NCBI GenBank assembly: GCA_963797945.1
Contig: CAWCRA010000006.1
Location: 525,219 to 589,218, forward strand
Direction of reading: 5' to 3'
DNA length: 64,000 bases
Origin: an uncultured Alphaproteobacteria bacterium
Lineage (GTDB): Bacteria; Pseudomonadota; Alphaproteobacteria; Sphingomonadales; Sphingomonadaceae
Shown: positions 41,036 to 55,623 of the stretch, piece by piece
Numbering within the stretch: position 1 is the stretch's first letter
How the letters are laid out: the number at the start of each line of letters is the position of its first letter
Made by a program: the position numbers and the translations under genes
Notes under the pieces: model-generated
Database searches by the model: none
Told to the model about the DNA's origin: nothing
Seen by the model: only the letters and a program-made list of their open reading frames with translations

Positions 41036-42592
41036 ATGAATTCACGCGCCGCTCGCACCGCGCTTTGCCTGATGGCAGCGTTTGGATTTTCCGTCTCGGC
41101 TAGTGCCGAAACTTGGCACCGGGCGGATACGCATCATTTCACGATCTATTCGGATGGGCGCTCCGGCCAATTGGAAGACTTCGCTCATGAGGCGGAGAAA
41201 TTCGACGCGCTTCTCAGAATGATTTTCAAGCGTCCCGTGAAAGAGGAGCCGGCGAAACTGGTCATCTACCTGCTAGACGACTCCGATGATGTGAGCCGCC
41301 TATCAAGAAGTAATGCTGCAGGCTTCTATTCGGTCAGGCCTGCACAGACTTTTGCCGTCGGCAATCGCGCATATGGCTCGGACAAAAGCGACCTCTCTGG
41401 CAAGCGCGTGCTGTTTCACGAATATGCGCATCATTTCATGTATCACAATTTCGCCATTCCCGCCCCGGCGTGGTTTTCGGAAGGGTTTGCCGAGTTCGTT
41501 GCGACCGCCGATTTTAAGCGAAGCGGAAAATGGACTTTCGGCGAGCCGGCGCATCACCGCGCATGGTCGGTCCAGAACGGCCCATCCGTTCCGATCGAAG
41601 TCCTTTTGACATCCGATTACGACGAAATGACCAATGCGGAAACCAGTGCATTTTATGGCTGGGCTTGGGCATTGACGCACATGTTCTATTCCGATCCCGA
41701 TGAGCGCGGCGACCAGATCGTACGTTATCTGCGCGACATCAATCGCGGGATGGACAATCTCGAAGCCGCAGAGAAAAACTTCGGCGATTTGGAGAAGCTG
41801 GAGAAGTCTCTGAAGAGCTATGTTCGCAAGTCCATGGCCTATTCCAAATCCGACCGTGAGATCCCTTACCGTAATTCAGTTTCGGTGACGCAGCTGCCGG
41901 ATTTCGCCTCCGAATTGATCGGCCTGAGGCTGGAGCGTCTCACGAGCACCGACAAAGATGGATTGCATCGCAAGCTGACCAGTCTGGCCGCCCGCGCGAA
42001 CTCGGCAGATGCCTGGTACGAAGTTGCCGAGCTCGAGTACATGAAGGAGCATGGCAGCAAGGAAGAGGACGACGTCCATGATTTTGCCGCTGCCGAGACG
42101 GCTGTCGATCGTGCGCTCGCGCTCGACGGTGACCATGCGAAAGCGCTCGTACTGAAGGGGCGGCTCTTGCTCGAGCCATTCGATCATGACGATGATCCCG
42201 ATGAAGCTAACTGGGAGCATGCCCGCGCATACTTCCTTCGCGCCAACCAGAGCGACCCATCCGACGCCTACGCACTCTATCTCTGGGCCAATACTTTCCA
42301 GCGCGAGGGCAAGCGGGACGATATGACTGGCCCTGCGCTCGAAACGGCCTTTGGATTTCGTCCTGAATCGCGCGCGTTCCGTTCTGCACTCGCAATGCAC
42401 TACGCGAGTGAAGGACAATACGACCGTGCGATCGGTCTGCTGAACATTATCGCCAATAATCCGCATGGCGGCGGCAAGTGGGCCAAGGACACCATCGCCT
42501 CGCTGAGGCAGGCGCAGGCCGGTGGCAGCCCGCTCATTCCGCTGATGTCGTCCGATGAAGTGAACGACGAAAAACCCGAAGACGACGAATAA
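41036..42592 (+). CDS. Exported zinc-metallopeptidase-like protein (DUF1570/peptidase MA-like) with C-terminal TPRs
   Basis: Signal peptide ending ASA; LFHEYAHH followed by WFSEGFAEF; TPR-like helical repeats. Confidence 0.75.
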   Translation: MNSRAARTALCLMAAFGFSVSASAETWHRADTHHFTIYSDGRSGQLEDFAHEAEKFDALLRMIFKRPVKEEPAKLVIYLLDDSDDVSRLSRSNAAGFYSVRPAQTFAVGNRAYGSDKSDLSGKRVLFHEYAHHFMYHNFAIPAPAWFSEGFAEFVATADFKRSGKWTFGEPAHHRAWSVQNGPSVPIEVLLTSDYDEMTNAETSAFYGWAWALTHMFYSDPDERGDQIVRYLRDINRGMDNLEAAEKNFGDLEKLEKSLKSYVRKSMAYSKSDREIPYRNSVSVTQLPDFASELIGLRLERLTSTDKDGLHRKLTSLAARANSADAWYEVAELEYMKEHGSKEEDDVHDFAAAETAVDRALALDGDHAKALVLKGRLLLEPFDHDDDPDEANWEHARAYFLRANQSDPSDAYALYLWANTFQREGKRDDMTGPALETAFGFRPESRAFRSALAMHYASEGQYDRAIGLLNIIANNPHGGGKWAKDTIASLRQAQAGGSPLIPLMSSDEVNDEKPEDDE

Positions 42593-42629
42593 GCCGGGCA
42601 CACGGCCGGCACTATTTCGTTACAGCGAC

Positions 42630-44198
42630 ATGGCTCAAAACGACGGCACCCCCATCCTCGTCCCCATCCTCGGTGATCAGCTCACCCGCACCCTTGCGAG
42701 CCTTCGTGGCCGGACAAAGGACGATACGGTCATCCTGATGATGGAGGTCTGGGACGAGGCCACTTACGTCAAGCATCACAAGCAGAAGATCGCACTGATT
42801 TTTTCGGCCATGCGTCATTTTGCCGCCGAGCTGGATGATGCAGGGTGGACGGTCGACTATGTCCGTCTGACCGACGAGGGCAATTCCGGTAGTTTCACCG
42901 GCGAAGTCGCCCGCGCAATCGAGCGCCACGATCCGCGCGCAATACATGTTGTCGAAGCGGGCGAGTGGCGCGTTCAGCAAGCTATCGAGGAATGGCCGGA
43001 CAAGTTCGACTGCGAGGTCGAAATACTTTCCGACGATCGCTACGTGTGCTCGCTGTCCGAATTCAACGCTTGGGCGGAAGACCGCAAGACGCTGCGGATG
43101 GAGAATTTCTACCGCGAGATGCGCCGCAAGACCGGGCTGCTGATGAATGGCGACAAGCCCAAAGGCGGTGAATGGAATTTCGACGAGCGCAACCGCGCTT
43201 CGCCCAAGGACGAAATGGATCCGCCGGAGCGGCCGCTATTTACACCCGACGACATTACGCAAGACTGCATTGCGCTGGTCGAGGATCAATTCGGCGACCA
43301 TTTCGGCAGTCTCGAAAATTTCGGCTGGCCGGTAACGCGCGAACAGGCCGAACGGGCCGCAGACGCATTCTTCGCCGAGCGGATCGAGAAGTTTGGCAAA
43401 TACCAGGACGCGATGGTTTTCGGCGAGGACGACCTGTTCCATTCCATGCTGTCCACCAGTATCAACCTCGGTCTGCTCGACCCGCTGGAACTTTGCCAGC
43501 GAGCCGAGCAGAGCTACGATGATGGCGAGGCACCAATCAATTCGGTCGAGGGTTTCATTCGCCAGATCATCGGGTGGCGCGAATATGTGCGCGGCTTCTA
43601 TTGGCGCTTCATGCCAGACCTTGAGAGCAACAATGCGCTGAACGCCCAGCGCGGACTGCCGGATTTCTACTGGACGGGCGAAACCGACATGCGGTGCCTT
43701 GCCGACAGCATTCGTTCGACAAGAGACAATGCTCACGCCCACCATATCCAACGCCTGATGGTGCTTGGCAATTTCTGTCTGCTCGCAGGTATCAATCCGC
43801 GCGAAGTGCAGGATTGGTATCTGGTGGTCTATGCCGACGCCTATCAGTGGGTCGAGCTGCCCAACGTCGCCGCCATGATCCTCTACGCAGACGGCGGCAA
43901 ACTTGCCTCCAAGCCTTACTCCGCGAGCGGCAATTACATCAATAAGATGAGCAATTACTGCAAGGATTGCCGCTACTCGGTGAGCAAGAAAACAGAGGAG
44001 GACGCCTGCCCGTTCAACTCGCTCTATTGGCATTTTATGGACCGCCACCGCGACCGCTTCGAGAGCAACCCGCGCATCGGGCGCATCTATTCGAACTGGG
44101 ACAGGATGGGGGAGGAAAAGCAGCGAGCGTATCTCGACCGTGCGGAAAACTTCCTCGGCACGCTCACACCGGCCGATAGCAGCTGGGCGCGGATTTAA
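42630..44198 (+). CDS. Cryptochrome/photolyase, FeS-BCP (CryB/PhrB) type
   Basis: LGDQL, HHKQKI, EGFIRQIIGWREY, HHIQRLM, WVELPN, KPYSASGNYINKMSNYC..C, ACPFN. Confidence 0.92.
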   Translation: MAQNDGTPILVPILGDQLTRTLASLRGRTKDDTVILMMEVWDEATYVKHHKQKIALIFSAMRHFAAELDDAGWTVDYVRLTDEGNSGSFTGEVARAIERHDPRAIHVVEAGEWRVQQAIEEWPDKFDCEVEILSDDRYVCSLSEFNAWAEDRKTLRMENFYREMRRKTGLLMNGDKPKGGEWNFDERNRASPKDEMDPPERPLFTPDDITQDCIALVEDQFGDHFGSLENFGWPVTREQAERAADAFFAERIEKFGKYQDAMVFGEDDLFHSMLSTSINLGLLDPLELCQRAEQSYDDGEAPINSVEGFIRQIIGWREYVRGFYWRFMPDLESNNALNAQRGLPDFYWTGETDMRCLADSIRSTRDNAHAHHIQRLMVLGNFCLLAGINPREVQDWYLVVYADAYQWVELPNVAAMILYADGGKLASKPYSASGNYINKMSNYCKDCRYSVSKKTEEDACPFNSLYWHFMDRHRDRFESNPRIGRIYSNWDRMGEEKQRAYLDRAENFLGTLTPADSSWARI

Positions 44199-45109
44199 TA
44201 CGCTTCGATAGCCGTGCCCTTGCGGACCCACATTGGCGGAACGATCCGGCCAGCGCGTTTGGCTTTTACCAGCATCCAGATCCCCGCACTGGTCGCCACC
44301 ACGAGCGCGAATATAGTAGCCTCAAGCCCGAAGCCTCCACCTGCGAGAAGGCTCGGTCCTTCAAGCGTAGCACTGACCAGCCCGTCTACCTCATTGCCGG
44401 AGACCGGTACATCCCACAGCGCCTGCACAACATTCCAGCCTGCGTGCAAACCGATGGCTAGCCACAACGACCGGGTCAGGATGTAGGCAGCGCCAAGCAG
44501 GATGCCCGCCTCGATCGCGATCGCCAGCGAGGAGAAGAAGGTCGCATTGTCATTGCCTGCGTGGAGAAAGCCGAAAAGCAGCGAACTGAGTGCGAGTGCA
44601 ATCCAGCTTCCCGTTAGCTCTTCGAGCCAGCGCAGCACGATCCCGCGCATCAGCAATTCTTCGAAGAACCCGGCATAGAGCCCCATCAAAAAGATGATCC
44701 TCGCCCAATCCGAAAAGCCGCCTGCACCGCCGATCCGGTAAACGCCTGCCAGCGCCGCAAGGCCAACGCAGACCGAGATCAACAGCGCCCCGCCGACAAA
44801 GCCCAGTCCGGTGTCCCGCAAGGCAGAAAAGTCGAACGGCAGGTCGTCGTGCTTCTTCGTGCCGAGCTTCCTGATCGCAAGTTTGTAGATCGCGAGCGAG
44901 AGCGCGACGAGCAGCAGCACACCGAGGATATTGCCGAGTTCGCCATCGACGTTCGGATGCAGGAACTCTTGCATCATCCAGCCAGAGGCAAACGCTGATG
45001 CGACTGCCAATGCCAAGGCGACAACCAATGCAATGAGTGGAAACTGCCAAATCTTCAGCCAGATCGACCGATCGCGCTTGATTTCGCTTTCGTTTTCGCC
45101 GTTCATCAT
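44195..45109 (-). CDS. CPBP (CAAX/Abi) intramembrane metalloprotease
   Basis: EELLMRG, FGFLH, HAGWN motifs; multiple TM helices. Confidence 0.9.
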   Translation of the reverse strand: MMNGENESEIKRDRSIWLKIWQFPLIALVVALALAVASAFASGWMMQEFLHPNVDGELGNILGVLLLVALSLAIYKLAIRKLGTKKHDDLPFDFSALRDTGLGFVGGALLISVCVGLAALAGVYRIGGAGGFSDWARIIFLMGLYAGFFEELLMRGIVLRWLEELTGSWIALALSSLLFGFLHAGNDNATFFSSLAIAIEAGILLGAAYILTRSLWLAIGLHAGWNVVQALWDVPVSGNEVDGLVSATLEGPSLLAGGGFGLEATIFALVVATSAGIWMLVKAKRAGRIVPPMWVRKGTAIEAY

Positions 45110-45162
45110 ACCCTGCTCTAATTGCGAGCGCGTGATGGCGCGGTGTGTATGCCTTGGCAAGC

Positions 45163-46200
45163 TTAGTCGGTGGATGCCCCTTCGCGGCGCAGCAGCTCCG
45201 CTTTGATATCGGTGCCATAGGCATAGCCGCCCAACCCGCCATCGGCAGCAATCACCCGGTGGCAGGGGATCAGGACAGCGATGTTATTTGCTCCGTTTGC
45301 GCCGCCCACGGCCCTGCTCGCCTTTGGATTGCCGAGAGCGGCGGCCAGTTCGCTATAGCTACGTGTCTCACCGGGCGGAATGCCGCGCAGGGCTTGCCAC
45401 ACGCGTTGCTGAAAAGCGGTTCCTTTCACGTCGAGCGGAATATCCGGAGCCGATCCCGGCTGCTCTACGGCGCCTGTCACTCTCTCGCAGAGCGCACGGA
45501 ACTCGCCGCCTCCTTCAATGAGTTCAGCGTTGGGAAAGCGAGCGCGCAGATCCCCCTCGCCCTCGCCAAAAGACAGGCAGCATACTCCCGTTTCCGTTGC
45601 CGCGACCAGCATGCTGCCCAGCGATGTGTCGACGATGCTCCAATGAATCCGCCGCCCTCGGCCGCCATCTCGCCAATCGCTTGCCGTCATTCCCAGCTTT
45701 CCTTCCATGCTTTCATAGAATCGCGAAGGCGCCTCGTAGCCAGCCTCATAAATAGCGCCGGTCACGCTGGACGATCCACTAAGAGCCTCGCGCACGCGAT
45801 CTTCGCGCAAGCCACGCGCATAGGCGGCCGGCGACAAGCCGGTTGCGCGCTTGAATACCCTTTGGAAATGGGTCGGCGAATAGCCGGTCAGCCTGGCAAG
45901 ATCGTCCAGCTTCGCGCTTTCTCCGGCGCGGATCGCTTGGATTACCACGCGCACAGCGGCCTCGTCCGCCGATTGCTTGTCGGGCGCGCAGCGCTTGCAG
46001 GCCCTAAGTCCTGCCTCTTCAGCTTCGGCAGGGCTTGCGTAGAAGCGGACGTTCTGCCGCTTGGGCGCGCGGGCCGGACAGGACGGGCGGCAATAGATGC
46101 CTGTCGAATGCACGCCCGTCACGAACGTCCCGTCGAAGCGGCGGTCCTTCGCCAGGGCGATTTGCCAGCGCTCGTCGTCATTGAGGTTTTGCGTCGTCAT
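45163..46200 (-). CDS. ada: Bifunctional transcriptional activator / O6-methylguanine-DNA methyltransferase Ada
   Basis: TGIYCRPSC, RACKRC, AraC HTH, IPCHRV active site. Confidence 0.95.
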   Translation of the reverse strand: MTTQNLNDDERWQIALAKDRRFDGTFVTGVHSTGIYCRPSCPARAPKRQNVRFYASPAEAEEAGLRACKRCAPDKQSADEAAVRVVIQAIRAGESAKLDDLARLTGYSPTHFQRVFKRATGLSPAAYARGLREDRVREALSGSSSVTGAIYEAGYEAPSRFYESMEGKLGMTASDWRDGGRGRRIHWSIVDTSLGSMLVAATETGVCCLSFGEGEGDLRARFPNAELIEGGGEFRALCERVTGAVEQPGSAPDIPLDVKGTAFQQRVWQALRGIPPGETRSYSELAAALGNPKASRAVGGANGANNIAVLIPCHRVIAADGGLGGYAYGTDIKAELLRREGASTD

Positions 46201-46284
46201 AGGGGTCCTTGTGGACACACCTTGTACAGTGCGCATCCCGAAGCTTGCGGTCAATGTCCCTCGGCGGGTAGAGGCTGCATCAGG

Positions 46285-47877
46285 ATGGGACGCATTTTCA
46301 CGATCTTCGCCGCGCTGCTCGCGCTTCTTGCCCCGGCTGCGGCCTATGCCGATGCCGCCGATATCGACGCGGCTGCGCGCGGTGTGGTCCGTGTCGTCAT
46401 CATCGGCACGGAAGACGGCGAGATTTATCCGGTCAGCCACGGCACCGGTTTTGCCATCAGCAGCGACAAGATCGTTACCAATGCGCATGTCGTGCGCGAT
46501 GCGATGCAGGATGAAGGCCTGCGCATCGGTATCGTCGCTGCCGAGGGCGACGAACCGGTTTACGGCCGGTTGCTGCGGACCAATCCCCGCAACGACCTCG
46601 CTCTGATCGGGCTCGACCGGGATCTGCGCCTTCCTCCGCTGATCCTTGCATCCGGTCCGGTAGCCGATAGCGGCGAAGTCTATTCGGTCGGCTATCCGAT
46701 GAATGTCGACCGCGCGCAGGGTCTCGAGATCGGCGACATTTTTCAGGCGCAGCCCCCGGTGAAAAGCCGCGGCTTCCTCTCCGGCACGCGCCCGAGCCGC
46801 CAGTTCGACACGATCCTGCACACTGCGCCGATCGCGCGCGGTAATTCCGGCGGACCGCTGCTCGACGGATGCGGACGCGTGCTGGGGGTCAACAGCTTCG
46901 GCGCGGATTCGGGCGGATCTGATGCGGAGTTCTTCTTTGCGGTATCCAACCGCGAACTCGTGCCCTTCCTTCGCGCCAACGACGTCGAACCGCGGGTCAA
47001 CGATACGCAGTGCCGCAGTCTGGCCGATCTGGATGACGACGAGCGCGAGCGCGCGATGCGCGAACAGATGCAGGCCCGGCAGGACATCGCCACCCGCGCC
47101 GAAACGCTGCGCGAACAACGCGAGCGCGCACGCTTCGAGGCCGAGATGGGTGTTCGCGACGAGCGCGACGACCGAATGCTGGCTAGCATATTGTTGCTCT
47201 TGATCGCGGCTGGCCTGATCTGGTGGGCAGTCGAGAAGCGCGAGATCTATGGCGACGAAGATGGCGCGGCTGGCTGGCCGCAACGCAATAAAATCGTGGC
47301 TGCCGTCGGCATCGGGATGATGCTGATCGCGTTGCTGCTCCACCTCACCAGGCCCGGCATCGACGAGATCGATCGGCGCGTCGCCTCAACGATGGCGGGC
47401 GGCGATGGCGATGGCGACACTCCGCCTTCCGGTCAAGCTGGTACGCAATTGTCCGGCGGCGACATCGGTGAAGCGCGCAATTTCGTTTGTGCTATTGATC
47501 CTCAGCGCAGCCGGATCACCAATGCCCAGGTCGAAGAACTGACGTTCGAATGGGCGCCCAGCGGCTGCGTCAACGGCCGCACGCAGTATGGCTTTGATGC
47601 GGGAACGTGGTCGCGTGTCCTCGTCCCGAATGATGAGCAGACGGTGTCCGTTAACAGCTTCGATCCGGAACGCCGCGTTTTCCGCACCGAACGCTACCTG
47701 CTTGGCCGAACGCCCATGCTCCAGGCCCGCGCAGCCCGGCGCGATTTCGACGCACCGAAATGTGAAACGGAAGGTGCTGCGGCGACACTCGGCGAGCAAC
47801 AAGGAGCGGTTCTTGCAAACCTGCCCTCGACGCCGAACGAGCGGCTTGTCTACACCTGCGAGATTGTGGGCGAGTAA
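46285..47877 (+). CDS. Membrane-anchored trypsin-like (S1) serine protease
   Basis: Signal peptide ending AYA; TNAHVV, NDLALI, GNSGGPL triad; coiled coil, two TM helices, Cys-containing C-terminal domain. Confidence 0.88.
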   Translation: MGRIFTIFAALLALLAPAAAYADAADIDAAARGVVRVVIIGTEDGEIYPVSHGTGFAISSDKIVTNAHVVRDAMQDEGLRIGIVAAEGDEPVYGRLLRTNPRNDLALIGLDRDLRLPPLILASGPVADSGEVYSVGYPMNVDRAQGLEIGDIFQAQPPVKSRGFLSGTRPSRQFDTILHTAPIARGNSGGPLLDGCGRVLGVNSFGADSGGSDAEFFFAVSNRELVPFLRANDVEPRVNDTQCRSLADLDDDERERAMREQMQARQDIATRAETLREQRERARFEAEMGVRDERDDRMLASILLLLIAAGLIWWAVEKREIYGDEDGAAGWPQRNKIVAAVGIGMMLIALLLHLTRPGIDEIDRRVASTMAGGDGDGDTPPSGQAGTQLSGGDIGEARNFVCAIDPQRSRITNAQVEELTFEWAPSGCVNGRTQYGFDAGTWSRVLVPNDEQTVSVNSFDPERRVFRTERYLLGRTPMLQARAARRDFDAPKCETEGAAATLGEQQGAVLANLPSTPNERLVYTCEIVGE

Positions 47878-47954
47878 TCGGTGGCGGCGCTTGGGTTCGC
47901 AGTCTCGTCGGTGGCCCCACTGATGTGGGTGAGCCGAACACTGAGCTGAGTTCG

Positions 47955-48785
47955 CTATGCGGCAAGCGGTTCGCCGCTCAGTGTTATCCGGTGCATCTCT
48001 CGGGCGTGCCCCTGATAATCGTTCATCGCATTGTGCCACGTCGTGCGATTATCCCAGATCGCCACTGTTCCAGGCTCCCACACGACGCTGCATGTATTGT
48101 CGGCACTTGTCGCCGCGTGACACAGCTTGTTTAGCAACGGGAGGCTCTCCTCGCGCGTCTTGCCCACGAAGTGAATCGTGAAAGCCGAGTTCACATAGAG
48201 CAGCTTGCGGCCGGTATGCGGGTGCCGGATGACCACCGGATGCACGGCGCCGGTTTTCACATCCTGTCCGCGCAGCTCCTTGCCCATATCGGTCTGCGCA
48301 TAGAGCCCGTCTTCTTTATAGACATGGTCGGCGGTGTGGAACGCCTCCATACTTTCAATCTCGTCTTTCAAATCCTGCGAAAGAGCATCGTAGGCCGCGC
48401 CCATATGAGCAAAATGTGTGTCGCCGCCCGAAGGAGGCAGCGTGCGCGCCACCAAGATCGAACCCATCGCCGGGATCTGATCGTAAGAATGGTCGGTGTG
48501 CCAGGCTCCGCCAATATTGGTGTGCTGGTCGGCCTTCTTCCGCACCACCGCTATTTCGGGATACTCATCCTCGAGCGGAAAATACTGGTTCACGTCGATG
48601 CCGCCCCAGCGCTTTGCAAAGGCGATATGTTCTTCAGGCGTGAAATCGTCCTGTCCGCGAAACACAGCCACCCCGTGCTCGTAGATCGCCTGCCGGATCG
48701 AATCGAGCGTCGCACCTTTTGCCTCGCTCAGCCGCACATCTTCGATTTCCACTCCGCATTTCGGCCCCAGCGCACGCGTCTTCAT
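47955..48785 (-). CDS. TauD/TfdA 2-oxoglutarate-dependent dioxygenase
   Basis: WHTDHS, HPVVIRHP, WDNRTTWHNA, MHRITL. Confidence 0.93.
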   Translation of the reverse strand: MKTRALGPKCGVEIEDVRLSEAKGATLDSIRQAIYEHGVAVFRGQDDFTPEEHIAFAKRWGGIDVNQYFPLEDEYPEIAVVRKKADQHTNIGGAWHTDHSYDQIPAMGSILVARTLPPSGGDTHFAHMGAAYDALSQDLKDEIESMEAFHTADHVYKEDGLYAQTDMGKELRGQDVKTGAVHPVVIRHPHTGRKLLYVNSAFTIHFVGKTREESLPLLNKLCHAATSADNTCSVVWEPGTVAIWDNRTTWHNAMNDYQGHAREMHRITLSGEPLAA

Positions 48786-48987
48786 TTCGGCTCTCCTCTG
48801 GTTTCCCTGCTGGTATCATATACCGAGCGAGCTTGCGGGAGAAGAATGCGCCTGGTGCATCGGGCCGGTTGCAAAGGATTAGGGGCGGTGCTAGGCGCGC
48901 GCCAGCTTTGCCGGGGTGCCTAATCGCACCCGCAACGGCAAGCGGTCAGCATCGTTATTTTCCGGACCTTCAAGAGGACGAGAACGC

Positions 48988-51100
<2,113 letters not shown>

Positions 51101-51124
51101 GCCTGAATGTAAACGGGAGCCGAC

Positions 51125-51994
51125 ATGGCTAGCCTTAAGGAACTCAAGGATCGGATCGGGTCGGTTAAGTCGACCCAGAAGATCACCAAGGCCAAACAGA
51201 TGGTCGCGGCAGCGAAGCTGCGCCGTGCGCAGGCTGCTGCCGAATCCGCGCGTCCGTATCAGGATCGTCTGGGCGAAGTGATGGCCTCGCTCGCGGGGAA
51301 GGTCTCGGGCGATAGCGCGCCGAAGCTGCTCGCCGGGACAGGGTCGGACAAGCGCCACCTGCTGGTCGTCGTCAACACCGACAAGGGCCTGTGCGGCGGT
51401 CTCAACTCGAACATCGTCAAGGCGGCCAAGGCCAAGGCGCGCGAATTGATCGCCGCCGGCAAGGATGTGCATTTCTATCTCGTCGGCAAAAAGGGCCGCG
51501 CACCGATCAAGCGCGACTATGCCGATAAAATCGACAAGTGGTTCGACACGTCCGAAGTCCGCACGCCGGGTTTCGAAGAAGCCGGAGCCATTGCAGACGA
51601 TTTGATCGAACGTTTCGAAAAGGGCGAGTTTGACATTGCGCACCTGATCTATCCGGTGTTCCAGTCCGCACTTGCGCAGGACCCGACGGTCGACCAATTG
51701 ATACCGGTACCTTCGCCGGAGAATGCGGGCGGCGGCGATGCCGTGGTGGAATACGAGCCGGGCGAAGAGGAAATCCTCGAAGAACTGCTGCCCCGCTATG
51801 TGAAGACGCAGCTGTTCGGCGCATTGCTCGAGCGGGAAGCCTCCGAGCAAGGCGCTTCGATGACAGCGATGGACAACGCCACGCGTAATGCCGGCGATCT
51901 GATCCAGGAACTGACCATCAAGTACAACCGCAGCCGTCAGGCCGCTATCACCACCGAGCTCATCGAAATCATCGCCGGTGCAGAAGCACTTTAA
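51125..51994 (+). CDS. atpG: F1F0 ATP synthase subunit gamma
   Basis: [33 protein letters not shown]. Confidence 0.97.
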   Translation: MASLKELKDRIGSVKSTQKITKAKQMVAAAKLRRAQAAAESARPYQDRLGEVMASLAGKVSGDSAPKLLAGTGSDKRHLLVVVNTDKGLCGGLNSNIVKAAKAKARELIAAGKDVHFYLVGKKGRAPIKRDYADKIDKWFDTSEVRTPGFEEAGAIADDLIERFEKGEFDIAHLIYPVFQSALAQDPTVDQLIPVPSPENAGGGDAVVEYEPGEEEILEELLPRYVKTQLFGALLEREASEQGASMTAMDNATRNAGDLIQELTIKYNRSRQAAITTELIEIIAGAEAL

Positions 51995-52004
51995 GGATTA
52001 TGAC

Positions 52005-53832
<1,828 letters not shown>

Positions 53833-53836
53833 GACG

Positions 53837-54094
53837 ATGGCCTTGCATTTCGAACTCGTCACGCCTGAACGTCAGGTCCGCTCCGAAGACGTTCACATGG
53901 TGGTCGTGCCAGGGACGGAAGGCGAGTTCGGCGTGCTGGAGGGCCATGCGCCCTTCATGTCCACCATCCGCGACGGCGCCGTACAAGTCTACAAGACCGA
54001 AGGCGCGGCGCCCGAGACCATCGAGGTCAGAGGCGGGTTCGCCGAGGTTGGAGACAATGGGCTGACCGTTCTGGCGGAGAAGGTCGAGAGCTAA
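53837..54094 (+). CDS. atpC: F1F0 ATP synthase subunit epsilon (short, 85 aa)
   Basis: [28 protein letters not shown]; ends after the beta-sandwich domain. Confidence 0.93.
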   Translation: MALHFELVTPERQVRSEDVHMVVVPGTEGEFGVLEGHAPFMSTIRDGAVQVYKTEGAAPETIEVRGGFAEVGDNGLTVLAEKVES

Positions 54095-54195
54095 ACTCCA
54101 CCGCTTCTGACGACTGTGCCAGACTTCGGTGATCGCGAAGTTGCGATCTTAGGCGGGGATGAGATGGCGCCACAGGCTTGGCAGAAGCGGTCGGG

Positions 54196-55525
54196 ATGGG
54201 CTTGTTCGTCCGCATGAGGATTAGCCCCAGCCCACAAGCCATCCGGAAAACCTTCGACATTCGGAGTATCGATTGGCGCGCCCGCGCAGCGCTGCTGCTA
54301 ATTGCTCTCGCCGTACCCTTCTATGCGATCGCCAGTTTCGAAGGTACGATCGAGGTTTCGTACGGTCGCTGGTTTGCGGTTCATATTCTTGGAGCTGAGA
54401 TCGCATTTATCGGTCTCGCGGCTATTTCCGGATTACGCCCGCAGGAAACTTGGCGTGCCATGCCCCGGCGGATACAAGCAGTGGTTATAGGCTGGCTGCT
54501 CGTAGCGACTTCCGCGACAGTTTTCTCGCCCTATGCCCGGATTTCGGGGATCTTCCAGTTCGCGTGGATCGTCCACGGGCTTTTTGCGATTTCGCTGTGG
54601 TCAATGCTGCGCGGGCGCTGGGCGGCGATCCGTCCGGTACTTTTACCGCTTTTCGGAGTCGGGTTACTTCTTCATTCGCTCGCTGTTTATTTCGTTGCTT
54701 GGGCGGTGTTGGGTCCCAATCTCGCAGAATGGTCCCCTTACAGTGTCGGAACAAACAATCCGCGGATGTACGTCTTCTATGCCGATGCGCTTTTGGGATT
54801 GGGTCTGGGTATGCTGGTCGCCGGCAAAGGTCGCCGCAGCATCCTTTTTGCACTCCTACTGACGTTCGCTGCGTATCATCTTTTCGCATGGGCTGGCGGA
54901 CGTGCAGCGATCGGCGCTGCGCTTCTCGTCCCGGCCCTCGTCGCGATTGTTGCACGTCAAAATCGGGTGAGGGTTCTCGCAGCAAGCTATCTCAGCGCCG
55001 CAATCGCCTTGCCCCTTACGCTGTTAACCGCGCCGACACATCCAACATACGGATTTAGGTCTATTCTTGGACGCATTGTCGACAATGAATTATACGGACG
55101 ATTCAACCGATTATTCGTCCGGTCGCCTGCAATTTTGGCACGCCTTGGTGGAGCAAGGCCTTGAACGGCCATTTATCGGACACGGACAGATCGGCGCCCT
55201 CGCGTTACCGCCCGAAATTATCGCCAAGGCGGGTTCAGCAATGGACCCGCATAACGCGCTCATACAGATCTTCCATGCTTGGGGACTAGCAGGGCTTTTC
55301 ATCGTCCTCGTGGGAGTCGTCCCGTTCCTGCCTACCATTCGCGCTAGACTGGCAAACCAGCCTGCGACCGCGTGGCCGGCGTTCGTCGGATTGCTAGCCT
55401 TGGCAGTGACGGGCGGGCTCGATGGGACATTGTTTTTCAATCAGCCGCTTTTCTTTGCGGCATTGTTTTTGGCGGTACTCGCCTCGATACCTGCCGGTTC
55501 AATCGATGGAAGCCGCGAGCGTTAA
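54196..55525 (+). CDS. O-antigen ligase/Wzy-like membrane protein (frameshift near 55083)
   Basis: Many TM helices; GGRAA, SSGRLQFW, PFIGHG, PHNALIQ...WGLAG; start uncertain. Confidence 0.75.
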
Positions 55526-55623
55526 CGCAGAGACCTGCAAAGCAGTTGAAAGCGGGACGCCTTGTCAGCAATCCCGCGGCTTGCTGGACGGCTCACATGG
55601 TCAAAAGGTGCGAACCTCGCGAC

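Noticed and set aside
45145-47343. Long overlapping ORFs (910 aa plus strand, 726 aa minus strand) suggesting bidirectional coding
   Set aside because: They are stop-free upstream extensions of the divergent ada (start 46200) and protease (start 46285) genes, expected in high-GC DNA
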